Shown one piece after another: positions 30,780 to 39,836 of a DNA stretch of 64,000 bases. The DNA is from Deltaproteobacteria bacterium (GTDB lineage: Bacteria > Myxococcota_A > UBA9160 > UBA4427). The DNA lies in contig NZHD01000051.1 of the NCBI GenBank assembly GCA_002691205.1, forward strand, positions 2,901 through 66,900, read 5' to 3'. Position numbers and translations under genes: made by a program. The number at the start of each line of letters is the position of its first letter. Position 1 is the stretch's first letter. The notes under the pieces are model-generated. The model was given only the letters and a program-made list of their open reading frames with translations. It was not told the DNA's origin and did no database searches.

Positions 30780-31809
30780 TCGTGGCGTGAATCAAAGCTT
30801 CGAGCTTCTCCAAAGCCGCCCTCGAGTCCAAACTCTCATACGCTCTCACAAGCCCCTCCTTCAGGTTCTCGACAGCAGAGGCAGCAAAGAGCGCGGCCGC
30901 CGCATTTAAACAAACGATGTCTCGACCGGGCCCCTTCTCTCCGCTTAAAATCCGTTGAAGAATCTGTGCATTCACCGCACCCGATCCTCCTTCAAGATCC
31001 TCGGCCGTCGCTTGACTTAGCCCCAGGGCAACTGGATCTACGGTGCGGCTCTCAACAACGCCATCTTCCACGATCGCCGCAGTACTGGTTCCAGTGGTCG
31101 TCAACTCATCTAGGCCGTCGCTGCCATGGACCACCATTGCACGGCGTGCCCCCAATTCACCCAGAGCTTGAGCAAGGGGCTCCACCAGTTCCGGCGAGTA
31201 CACACCCACGAGTTGGTGCTGTACACCGACGGGGTTCAACAAAGGCCCTAAGCAATTCAGGAGCGTCCGAATCCCAATCTCAGCCCGGACGGGCCCTACA
31301 TGACGAAACGCAGGGTGCGCGGTTCGAGCGAAGAACGGAGCTATGCCGATCTCGTCGAGAATCTCCGCACAACGAGACACAGGCAGATCAATTTTTACCC
31401 CTAAAGCTTCAAACGTGTCAAAGCTCCCTCCCCCGCCGCCAGTCACGGATCGGTTCCCGTGTTTGGCCACAGGGACTCCCGCTCCAGCCACAACAAACGC
31501 GGCGCTGGTGGAGATGCTGAAAGTGCCACGCCCAGTCCCACCCGTACCACACGTATCAACGGTTCCAGGCGTCGCCACAGGGGCAGGTTCAGCGAAGCGC
31601 CTCAGCGCCTTGGCCGCGGCCACAATCTCGCCCACAGTCTCACCTTTGATCCGGAGCGCCACTAAAAAAGCGGCCGTCTGAGCCGAGGAAGCCTGCCCCG
31701 ACATCATCTCAGAGAAAGCCGACTCCACGAGACTCGGTTCAACCTCACCCCCCGCGACCGCCGCTGCTATTGCCTCTCTCAAGCTCAAGGTCTTCCTCCA
31801 TCGACGCAT
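30766..31809 (-). CDS. trpD: Anthranilate phosphoribosyltransferase
   Basis: VDTCGTGGTGRGTFSIST, KHGNRSVTG and LNPVG motifs. Start position is uncertain because the track ORF overlaps the trpG end by 25 nt. Confidence 0.9.
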   Translation of the reverse strand: MRRWRKTLSLREAIAAAVAGGEVEPSLVESAFSEMMSGQASSAQTAAFLVALRIKGETVGEIVAAAKALRRFAEPAPVATPGTVDTCGTGGTGRGTFSISTSAAFVVAGAGVPVAKHGNRSVTGGGGGSFDTFEALGVKIDLPVSRCAEILDEIGIAPFFARTAHPAFRHVGPVRAEIGIRTLLNCLGPLLNPVGVQHQLVGVYSPELVEPLAQALGELGARRAMVVHGSDGLDELTTTGTSTAAIVEDGVVESRTVDPVALGLSQATAEDLEGGSGAVNAQILQRILSGEKGPGRDIVCLNAAAALFAASAVENLKEGLVRAYESLDSRAALEKLEALIHATNVGA

Positions 31810-32375
31810 CTCTGAACAAAATTAGCCATCAATTTTGGCCCCACCGAGGTCAAGATGGACTCCGGATGAAACTGCACTCCTTCCGCCGGCAACGAAGCGT
31901 GGCGAATCGCCATGATTTCACCATCCTCGGTTCGCGCCGTCACCTTCAGAACGTCTGGACACGTCTCGGATTCAATCACCAGCGAATGGTAGCGCGTAGC
32001 CTGAAAAGGCTCGGGAAGCCCCTCCAAGACACCCAAACCTTGATGCCGCATCATAGAGGTCTTACCGTGCATGACCGTTTGAGCCCGCACCACCTTGGCC
32101 CCAAAGGCCGCACCCAGGGCTTGATGGCCGAGACAAATTCCAAGGACCGGGATCTGGGCTTCCGCAAACCGTTTCACCGCCTCCACTGAGACACCAGCAT
32201 TCTCTGGAGTGCCGGGACCGGGCGAAACCACGAGGCCCCCGGGAGAGAGCGCCAAAAGCGTATCCACTGACTCCGCATCATTCCGAATGACCTTGACCTC
32301 AACACCCAATTCGCCAAACCCCTGAACGAGGTTGTACGTAAACGAATCATAGTTATCAATCATCAACAAAAACAT
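31785..32375 (-). CDS. trpG: Anthranilate synthase component II / PabA-type glutamine amidotransferase
   Basis: MFLLMIDNYDSFTYNLVQ N-terminus (ATG at 32375; the track ORF extends to 32450). GICLGHQ nucleophile elbow and FHPES. Confidence 0.85.
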   Translation of the reverse strand: MFLLMIDNYDSFTYNLVQGFGELGVEVKVIRNDAESVDTLLALSPGGLVVSPGPGTPENAGVSVEAVKRFAEAQIPVLGICLGHQALGAAFGAKVVRAQTVMHGKTSMMRHQGLGVLEGLPEPFQATRYHSLVIESETCPDVLKVTARTEDGEIMAIRHASLPAEGVQFHPESILTSVGPKLMANFVQRCVDGGRP

Positions 32376-32655
32376 GAGGCGCCCCCGTCTCGCGAGAGTG
32401 GCCCTGTTCGAAAATGGGACGAATCCCGGGAGCTCCAATGGCCCGCCCAAAGTCTTCCCTTTACAGGGGAACGCCTCATCGCCAGAAAGGCGTCCGTCTT
32501 GATTTGAAGGGCAGAACCGGCTTGAGCGAAGCCTTCTGCAAATCTATCGGGATGCGGCGGGAACACGATTTCCTCGAGGCACACAGCTCCGAGCAAGCCG
32601 CGTGGGATGAACGAAGCTTGGAGTCTACGGGGTCACACCCACCCCAGCAAGAAAG

Positions 32656-35040
32656 CTACCAGTCGCGACTTCCAAGCCATCCTGCCGCTGTGGAAAAGGG
32701 ATCCCGAACGTCCTCGCCCCCCAAACCAATAATGCTGTACCTCAACCGCACAAAGAGATCGCTGTTTCGATCCTCTCCCAGATCAAAGCCCAGGGTAAAG
32801 CAACGACACGTTGAGGCATAGATAAAGGTGCCCACCTGCGTCAATAAATCATTGTATTCCAGGGAATAGTTGGCCCGGTACTGCACCTGCAAGCGCTCTG
32901 AAAATCGGAGGCCCACATTTATTTCGAGCTGACTCACGCGATCCTCAGTCAACACGGCCAGGTCTGGCGGAACACGCAAGTAGCGGTAACCGACTCCAAA
33001 ACTACTTCTGGAAAGAGGACCCCACTTTGGAGGCGAGAAACGAACCCCGGCGATGGCCTCATCAAAATCAGCGCTTTCCACATCCCAAGCCATGGAGTAA
33101 TCCAGCCTGACCCAGTTTCGATAAAAACTTTGCCCGTCGATCAACAGTTGCCCCACCGAGGCCTGATCGAAATCATGCTCGAATCCCAAGCGGATCTCAC
33201 TAAAAATCCCTCTCAATCGACGTCCACCCCTCTCCCCCCAGCGAAGACGATTTTTCACTCCCAGGGCCAGTACGTTTTGATTGGGAATCCGGTCCGACGG
33301 ATCAAGGACACGATTTTCAGGATCCAGTTGCCGCAGACGGCGCTGGGAAACCAAAGAGGCCGGCACGAAGACGGGATCATCGCCTTGGGAGCGGGTCTGG
33401 ACCCAAGTATAATTTATGTAGGGTTCCGCATCGTGCTCAATGTGGTGCGTTTCGCCGAGTTGGAAATCTCGAGTCAACTGCGTGCTCAGAACACCACGCG
33501 CTGTGAAGACACCGCGTTCAGAAACACCCTGAGGGTCCGTACTGTAAAGCGTTTGCGCGTACCCCACCTCCGGCCAAAAATCGGCGACGCCCGCTACCGA
33601 CACGGGGCGGGCTAGGCGGGGCCGAAACAGGGCCCGCTGCCCGCTTTGAAAAGGGGTGCCCGCCGGATAATACAAAGCCAGAATCTCGGGACTGGGCGTT
33701 TCCGGAGCATCAAAATAGACATACTCCGCGTCCATTGACCCCACTAGGCCCAAAGCATCCAAGCCCGGCCCACCTCCCGGCAAAAGACGGACCGCCACGT
33801 CGGGCCACCGATTCAGGCGAATCGTCGATCGGTCCGACTCATCGCTGAACTGAACATCCTGTGCGTAGTTCATCCCGCCCACCGCGCCCCACCGTCCAGA
33901 GTCACCAAAATGGCGAAAGGCAAAAACGCGTGAGCGCAAGAAAATATCTCGGCGGTAAAACCCATATTCATCAAAATCTTGTAAATAGGCTCGGTCCGAG
34001 ACCAGCCTTACATCTGCGCGAGCCTGCCATCCCTCGGGCAAAGCTTGATCGTGCTCGAGCGCGGCGGCCCAACGATTGGGTTCGAATCTGGAAACCCCTT
34101 CCACGTAACTATCGTCCCGGGCGTATGCCCCATAGGCGCGCCCGCCGGAGTCCTTTCCAAAGACGTAGTCGACGTCGACATCAAGTTTGAACCCCCGCTT
34201 TTCAGAGTACAAAGGGGTAGCGATAACCCCAACGCCACGGCTGGCGGCCCAAAAAAGCGGAAGGCCTACACGACTCCCGCTCTGCCCCCCAAAAGCGACT
34301 TCAGGTGGCAAGACTCCGCTCTCCCGCTCGGTCTTCACAGGAAAGATGAGCCAAGGAAACCAAATCGCGGGAATGCCCAACACGTCGACCGTGGCATTCT
34401 TAGCCCGTCCGTACCCCCCCATTTCAATCTCGGCTTTATCGGTCCGGAGCGCCCAAGGCTTGCGGTCATCATCGTCGGGACAACGGCAGGCGGTAATCCA
34501 ACCGTCCTCAAGGGTGTACTCCCGCTCGCCATCCTTTCCGATTTCTCTGGCCTCAATCAAGAAACCAGTGGGACCCGTATCGATCTCGCCCTCAAAGAGC
34601 AATGCATCGAGTGTCTCCACATCAAAGATCACAAAGGAAGCCTCGAGGTACTGGTCCTCGCTCTGAAAACGAACGTCCCCGCTCGCGACACCTCGGCCGG
34701 TCTCTAAACTAAAGGCCACCCAGTCGGCCACGAGTTTGCGCCGGTCCTGCGCCAGCAAAACGCCTCCGCTCCCGACGTAGACTTCACCCTCCGCGACGTA
34801 TTCCAAGTCTCCGGCATCCAATCGAAAAGGGCCCTCGAAGGGCACGAAATTGGCCGCCCAGGCGTCCCCCAAGAAGAGCCACCCCACGATCAAGAGGCTC
34901 ATCCATGCATGCCCTACAGATCTTGAACGAGAAACTCCAAGAAAAGAACGCCTCTGAGGCCTAGCCCGCTGCAAGAGGCTGCCCACTTTGCTCGGGTTGC
35001 GCAGAACTTGAAAAGCGATCATATCCGAGCGCTTCGGCAT
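32656..35040 (-). CDS. lptD: LPS-assembly outer-membrane protein LptD (OstA family)
   Basis: 794 aa. Signal peptide, OstA-like N-domain (GDVRFQSEDQYLEASFVIFD), large beta-rich C-domain. Exactly four Cys in two CxC pairs (ITACRCPDD at the N-domain/barrel junction, ASTCRCF near the C-terminus), placed like the interdomain disulfide cysteines of E. coli LptD. Confidence 0.65.
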   Translation of the reverse strand: MPKRSDMIAFQVLRNPSKVGSLLQRARPQRRSFLGVSRSRSVGHAWMSLLIVGWLFLGDAWAANFVPFEGPFRLDAGDLEYVAEGEVYVGSGGVLLAQDRRKLVADWVAFSLETGRGVASGDVRFQSEDQYLEASFVIFDVETLDALLFEGEIDTGPTGFLIEAREIGKDGEREYTLEDGWITACRCPDDDDRKPWALRTDKAEIEMGGYGRAKNATVDVLGIPAIWFPWLIFPVKTERESGVLPPEVAFGGQSGSRVGLPLFWAASRGVGVIATPLYSEKRGFKLDVDVDYVFGKDSGGRAYGAYARDDSYVEGVSRFEPNRWAAALEHDQALPEGWQARADVRLVSDRAYLQDFDEYGFYRRDIFLRSRVFAFRHFGDSGRWGAVGGMNYAQDVQFSDESDRSTIRLNRWPDVAVRLLPGGGPGLDALGLVGSMDAEYVYFDAPETPSPEILALYYPAGTPFQSGQRALFRPRLARPVSVAGVADFWPEVGYAQTLYSTDPQGVSERGVFTARGVLSTQLTRDFQLGETHHIEHDAEPYINYTWVQTRSQGDDPVFVPASLVSQRRLRQLDPENRVLDPSDRIPNQNVLALGVKNRLRWGERGGRRLRGIFSEIRLGFEHDFDQASVGQLLIDGQSFYRNWVRLDYSMAWDVESADFDEAIAGVRFSPPKWGPLSRSSFGVGYRYLRVPPDLAVLTEDRVSQLEINVGLRFSERLQVQYRANYSLEYNDLLTQVGTFIYASTCRCFTLGFDLGEDRNSDLFVRLRYSIIGLGGEDVRDPFSTAAGWLGSRDW

Positions 35041-35043
35041 CGA

Positions 35044-35619
35044 TCATCCGGACGCATCGCGAGACATCTCGGCCAGATCGCGCTCAAGTTCGTCCGCTTG
35101 AATCACGCCCACGTGTTGTTTTTGGATCCGCCCCTGCCGGTCTAAAAAATAGGTCACCGGAAAGCCCGGCGCTCCAAAGTCCTGAGCCAGGGAAGCCCCC
35201 CCCAGCAAAATCGGATAGCGGACCCCCTTTTCCTTGACCCATTGGGCCACGTTCTCGGCCCCCTCGAGATCGGCCGAAACGCCGAACACCAGAACGGCGG
35301 GATCCTCGGCATGAGCGGCATGGAACGCATTGAGAGCGGGAATCTGATCAATGCACGGGAGACACCAAGTCGCCCAAAAGTCAAGAATCACAACCTTCCC
35401 CTGGAGATCGGCGAGTCCAACCCGTTCATCAGAGCCCAGCCTTTGGAGACTAAAGTCGGGCGCCTTTGGGCCCGGACCGTTGGGCTTCCCTTCCTCTACG
35501 GGGGAACACCCTGTCACCATCCAAAGAGCAAGGAGGCCGCAGCCTGAGAAACGCAGAAGCGTTCCCCAACGCTGAACGCCAAAAGCAAGTGCCCGACCCG
35601 GAGTACGAAATAGTCTCAT
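35044..35619 (-). CDS. TlpA/ResA-like thioredoxin-fold thiol:disulfide oxidoreductase, lipoprotein
   Basis: Lipobox LWMVTGC. Active site FWATWCLPC (WCxxC). Ends 3 nt before the lptD start. Confidence 0.75.
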   Translation of the reverse strand: MRLFRTPGRALAFGVQRWGTLLRFSGCGLLALWMVTGCSPVEEGKPNGPGPKAPDFSLQRLGSDERVGLADLQGKVVILDFWATWCLPCIDQIPALNAFHAAHAEDPAVLVFGVSADLEGAENVAQWVKEKGVRYPILLGGASLAQDFGAPGFPVTYFLDRQGRIQKQHVGVIQADELERDLAEMSRDASG

Positions 35620-35726
35620 CCGAATGGAGATTCCTCTTTCCAGGTCAAGATTGCCAACCCGGGCACAGCAAAAACAGGTTTAAGGCGAAACAGCCCAAAA
35701 CCGCCCTCACAGGCAGCCCGTTCAAA

Positions 35727-35755
35727 GAGGGGGACGCCACTCAGGCGTCCCCCTC
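35727..35755 (-). terminator. Intrinsic-terminator-like hairpin downstream of the 148-aa gene
   Basis: Perfect 12-bp stem GAGGGGGACGCC / GGCGTCCCCCTC with a 5-nt loop, 18 nt after the stop at 35774. Followed on the minus strand by TTTGAA, so the U-tract is short. Confidence 0.5.
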
Positions 35756-35773
35756 AAAGAATTCGCTCCGAAC

Positions 35774-36220
35774 CTACCAGCCGTCAGGGGGAGAATCAGG
35801 CTCCGGGCCTGAGGCCACCTGAGCATTCGCCCCACCGGGTCGATACTGGGGCGCTCGACCGATAAATTCGATCTCCTTCTCTCCCCGTAACTCCTCGGGC
35901 GTAATGACGTATGTGCCTCTGACGGCTCTGGTCAACACCGTATCCGCGACCTCAGAATCTCCGCCAGAAAAGACCCATGCGAAACCCGCAATGGTGGCTC
36001 CCCCTAAGGAATAAGCCAGCTTAAGTGGGCCATATACAAGCGTCGAAAGGGCTGCTGCTGCGCCCAAACCCCCTTCGCTGGCTGTTCCACCTAGGTCCGA
36101 CTCGCCGGACCAACTGAGCGAAGGTGCCCCAAGAAGAATCCCCGCACTCACGAGAGCGCAAAGCACACCTCTCCCCTTACTTCCATTCGATCGTATTGAA
36201 TTGTCCATATGTCCTCTCAA
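35774..36220 (-). CDS. Hypothetical secreted Gly/Ala-rich protein
   Basis: ORF with a signal-like segment (VLCALVSAGILLGAPSLSWS) and a Gly/Ala-rich hydrophobic core. I recognise no family. The downstream hairpin supports a discrete transcript end. Confidence 0.4.
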   Translation of the reverse strand: MRGHMDNSIRSNGSKGRGVLCALVSAGILLGAPSLSWSGESDLGGTASEGGLGAAAALSTLVYGPLKLAYSLGGATIAGFAWVFSGGDSEVADTVLTRAVRGTYVITPEELRGEKEIEFIGRAPQYRPGGANAQVASGPEPDSPPDGW

Positions 36221-36316
36221 AATGGGCGAAGAATCCGCCCCTTACCCCCACCCGGGAGTGTTCCGCGTCCTGAGCGAAACAGCAAGCGGGTTTAAAAGAA
36301 CACACCTCCTTAGCCT

Positions 36317-36766
36317 CTATTTTGAGGCTTCTGTATCCACCCAAAGCGTCACCGGGCCATCGTTGAGCAGATAAACCTGCATATCTGCTTGAAACCGGCC
36401 CATCACCACAGGCACGCTCAGTTCACGCGCCGCCTGGGCCACCTGCTCGATCAACGGCCGAGCCGCTTCAGCCCCGGCTGCTCCTCCGTAAGAGGGCCGC
36501 CGTCCTTTACTCGTCTCGCCGTACAGGGTGAACTGCGAAACCACGCCCAGGGTGCCCTGGACATCAAGCACAGACCGGTTCATACGACCGTCCTCGTCGT
36601 CAAAAATCCGCAAATGGACCAGCTTCCGAGCCATCTCGATGGCCTGCTCAAGGCCGTCGTTGCCCCCGACGCCGACCAAGGCCAGCAGGCCCGGGCCCAT
36701 TTCCGAAATTACGTCTCCCGCCACTTCAATCCGAGCCTCCCGCACGCGCTGCACTACCGCTCGCAC
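36317..36766 (-). CDS. dtd: D-aminoacyl-tRNA deacylase
   Basis: MRAVVQRV N-terminus, SQFTLYG and GRRPS motifs, 149 aa. Confidence 0.9.
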   Translation of the reverse strand: MRAVVQRVREARIEVAGDVISEMGPGLLALVGVGGNDGLEQAIEMARKLVHLRIFDDEDGRMNRSVLDVQGTLGVVSQFTLYGETSKGRRPSYGGAAGAEAARPLIEQVAQAARELSVPVVMGRFQADMQVYLLNDGPVTLWVDTEASK

Positions 36767-36770
36767 GGCT

Positions 36771-37283
36771 CTAAATCCCCTGCTGGTCGCTAAAACGACC
36801 GGTATACACCGCTGAGCCTTCGGTCCGCATTAAAACGATTTGGCAGACCCGAACGCCGGCATAAAGCTGAAGAGGCTCACTGGAAACATTGCTCATCTCG
36901 AGCACTTGTCTGTTCGCGACACCCGGCTGAACGAACGCACTTGTCACGTGAATCATTAAGCCAAGGCGTGCGAATCGACTTCGCCCTTCAAGAAAACCAC
37001 ATAGATCTGGAGGCAACGAAAGGACCTCGCGGGTGATCCCATGAATCGTCACCCCGGGCAAGAGAACAAACGGCTCTTCCAAAGACTGCACCCGGGTATA
37101 ATCTCGATAGTCCGTGGACTCTTTTACCTCAATGGGATCGGCGGTGGGTTCAATCACCCGGATCTCCGAGCCCAGAGTCAAGTCCACTGAAGCCACACCG
37201 ACTTGGTCCCTTGAAAAAGGATCGATCTTCAATCGCCCCGAATCAAGCTCTTGCAAAATGATTTCACGAGTGAGGACAGCCAC
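36771..37283 (-). CDS. dcd: dCTP deaminase family protein
   Basis: ILQELDSGRLKIDPF, ASVDLTLG, and EGRSRFARLGLMIHVTSAFVQPG...LEMSN. I prefer GTG 37283 (MAVLTREII...) over the track ATG 37316, which would overlap the divergent ugpQ-like start. Confidence 0.75.
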   Translation of the reverse strand: MAVLTREIILQELDSGRLKIDPFSRDQVGVASVDLTLGSEIRVIEPTADPIEVKESTDYRDYTRVQSLEEPFVLLPGVTIHGITREVLSLPPDLCGFLEGRSRFARLGLMIHVTSAFVQPGVANRQVLEMSNVSSEPLQLYAGVRVCQIVLMRTEGSAVYTGRFSDQQGI

Positions 37284-37309
37284 AGTGACAAGATGATATC
37301 CTAGGTCGC

Positions 37310-38116
37310 ATGACACATCCTATTTTCAATCGTCCCCGCCCTGTGATTATCGGCCATCGCGGCGCAGCGGGCTCCGCCCCCGAAAACACTCTCGCCTCCT
37401 TCCAGCAAGCTTTAGAGGAAGGGGCACAGATTCTAGAGAGTGACATTCATGTCACTTCCGACGGCTTTCCTATCCTCCTGCATGATTCCACGGTCGACCG
37501 AACCACAAACGGAACAGGCGAAGCTCACCAACTCAGTCTGTCCGAAATACAAGCACTCGACGCCAGCGCGAATTTTTCAGCCGCTTCCGGTGTTCAAGCC
37601 CAAACCTCCTTTGAGTCCCCTGTGAGGATCCCCACCCTCCGAGAAGCCTTCGAAGCGTTCCCCAATGCCGCCTTCAACCTTGAAATCAAAGGCAACTCTG
37701 AAGCTTTGGTGAAATCGGTGGTGTCTCTCGCTCAAGAGATGAAGAGAGAAGACCAAACCCTACTCACAGCCGGCGAGGACAAGATTCAGGCCCTACTCCG
37801 CGAAGAGAGGGCACGAACGGGAGCGAAATCAGCTTTAGGAGCAAGCTTGGCCGACATCCTCGAAGTGATTCGCAGCGCCCAAGAGCATCGCCCTCCCGAA
37901 ACAGACAGCATGGCGATTCAAGTACCTTCTGAATTCGGCGGACGGCCTCTCATTACTCAAGAACTCGTCGACCACTGCCACCAACATCAAATCGAAGTCC
38001 ATGTCTGGACCATTAACGACGCCCAAGAGATGCGAGACTTGCTTGACTTGGGGGTCGATGGTCTCGTTACGGATGTGCCGGCTTGCATGGCCCATCTGCT
38101 TGCTCAACGCCGATGA
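37310..38116 (+). CDS. Glycerophosphodiester phosphodiesterase
   Basis: IIGHRGAAGSAPENTLASF ... LESDIHVTSDGFPILLHD is the GDPD catalytic pattern. Confidence 0.8.
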   Translation: MTHPIFNRPRPVIIGHRGAAGSAPENTLASFQQALEEGAQILESDIHVTSDGFPILLHDSTVDRTTNGTGEAHQLSLSEIQALDASANFSAASGVQAQTSFESPVRIPTLREAFEAFPNAAFNLEIKGNSEALVKSVVSLAQEMKREDQTLLTAGEDKIQALLREERARTGAKSALGASLADILEVIRSAQEHRPPETDSMAIQVPSEFGGRPLITQELVDHCHQHQIEVHVWTINDAQEMRDLLDLGVDGLVTDVPACMAHLLAQRR

Positions 38117-38739
38117 AGCCTTTCTCGAACGCTGCTGGCACTGGCTCAAAACGCGAAAAGAGTCCTCTCTCCCCTCCTTCCATCCTTTTTGAGAGCCAGC
38201 TTAAATCTCTCTCGGCCGCGTCTACACACGGACCCATCGTTGACCTGGCGTGTGGTCGAGGTCGCCACGCCTTGGCTGCGGCCCAGAGGGGATGGCCCGT
38301 CATCGGCCTCGATCGCAACCGAAAGTTCCTCAAAGAACTTCAAGAAACCAGTCGGTCCTCAAACTTGCCCATCTCCCCGGTTTTCACCGACCTTGAAACG
38401 CCTTTTGGAATCCCTCTAAAAAAGGGATCCGCCGGAGCCGTGTTGGTCTTTCGTTTTCTCTACCGACCCCTCGCTCAAGCCATTGAGGCGCTTCTCGCCC
38501 CAGGCGGCCTACTTCTGTACGAAACTTTTACCACCGCCCAAGCTCAGCGCGCGACAGGCCCCTCTAACCCATCGTTCCTATTGAAACCCGGAGAACTGAA
38601 AAAGCTGTTCCCGACCCTTGAAACTCTGCATTACAGCGAGGCCCCGGACATGGAGAAGATCCGTGGGCCCCACGAAAGTCCGGGTGACGAGTCTCAGGAT
38701 GAGACTTGGGCTCGACTCGTTGCTCGCAAACGCCCCTAA
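38113..38739 (+). CDS. Class I SAM-dependent methyltransferase
   Basis: Motif I VDLACGRGRHAL and post-I GLDRN. ATG 38113 overlaps the upstream stop (ATGA). The track ORF starts at 38083. Confidence 0.6.
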   Translation: MKPFSNAAGTGSKREKSPLSPPSILFESQLKSLSAASTHGPIVDLACGRGRHALAAAQRGWPVIGLDRNRKFLKELQETSRSSNLPISPVFTDLETPFGIPLKKGSAGAVLVFRFLYRPLAQAIEALLAPGGLLLYETFTTAQAQRATGPSNPSFLLKPGELKKLFPTLETLHYSEAPDMEKIRGPHESPGDESQDETWARLVARKRP

Positions 38740-39836
38740 CTCGGCGAAGGACTTGAAAGTTCGGCTAAGGCCCAGTGCGCGTGTTCAGCGAGCAAAGGAT
38801 CCTGCCCCTCGGCAAAGCGTTGAATGAGCGGACGCAGTTGCTCATCCTTCCGGTTGCCCGCGGCCACCAGAGCGTTCCGCATGAGACCCCGATACCCCGA
38901 CCGACGCAACGCGGTGCCCCGGGTCGCTTCGCGCCACTGGGCTTCATCTAAAGAGAGAACCCAGTGAAGTTCGGCGTCGACCCAACGCGGGTCCGGCCGA
39001 AGCCGCTCCCGCAGGCCCAAAGGGTCAGGGAGTTCTCGTTGGTCTGGCTTCCGATTCCATGGACAAACGTCTTGACACACATCGCATCCAAAAATCCATT
39101 CCCCTTGCGCGTTTCTTAACCCCGGCTCGGTGACCCCTCGGTCTTCAATGGTCAAATACGAGATACAGCGACGCGCATCGAGCACATACGCATCCACAAA
39201 TGCGTCGGTGGGGCATGCATCCAGACAGGCTCGGCAAGTGCCGCAATGGTCGGTTTCAGGGACATCAAAATCGAGTTCTAAATCGGTCATCACTACGCCC
39301 AGTAACAATCGAGAGCCGAGTTCTCGATCAATCAAACATGTATTTTTCCCCTGCCAACCCAACCCGGCCCGCGCTGCATAAACGCGTTCCAAAACAGGCC
39401 CCGTGTCCACATAACAACGCGTTGAAACCTCATGACCCGCCAATGCTTGCATGCCGATCCCAAGCGCTTTGACACGGTCAAGTAAAACCTCATGGTAATC
39501 CGCCCCCCCCGCGTACCCGGCCACACCTCGCCCCGTCGAGGAATCGCCGCCTCCTTGAGCCGATTCAGGAGAAGGGTGAGCCAGCGCGAGCGCCACGATG
39601 CTTCGTACTCCCGGCATGAGTTTCTCGGGTGAAGCTCGCTCAGACGCACGCTCGGCCATATACGTCATGGACCCGGCGTAGCCTCTCTCGAGCCATTCGG
39701 AAAGGAACTCCGTTTCAAGGCTCTCCTGAGGCGAACAAATTCCGACTCGATCAAAACCCAAGGCCTGGGCGAGAGAACGCACTCGATCAGATAGTGTGGG
39801 CGCCCTCTGCGTTGGCTTCACTTCAAGCTCGCTCAC
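38736..39836 (-). CDS. queG: tRNA epoxyqueuosine(34) reductase
   Basis: Two ferredoxin-type clusters (CGTCRACLDACP, CDVCQDVCPWN) and a C-terminal HEAT-like region. GTG start overlaps the exosortase stop (GTGA at 39833-39836). Confidence 0.85.
   Translation of the reverse strand: MSELEVKPTQRAPTLSDRVRSLAQALGFDRVGICSPQESLETEFLSEWLERGYAGSMTYMAERASERASPEKLMPGVRSIVALALAHPSPESAQGGGDSSTGRGVAGYAGGADYHEVLLDRVKALGIGMQALAGHEVSTRCYVDTGPVLERVYAARAGLGWQGKNTCLIDRELGSRLLLGVVMTDLELDFDVPETDHCGTCRACLDACPTDAFVDAYVLDARRCISYLTIEDRGVTEPGLRNAQGEWIFGCDVCQDVCPWNRKPDQRELPDPLGLRERLRPDPRWVDAELHWVLSLDEAQWREATRGTALRRSGYRGLMRNALVAAGNRKDEQLRPLIQRFAEGQDPLLAEHAHWALAELSSPSPS

Noticed and set aside
32376-32655. Transcription-attenuation leader upstream of trpG
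   Set aside because: Only short imperfect hairpins (5-6 bp) are present. There is no leader ORF with tandem Trp codons and no terminator/antiterminator pair that I can support.
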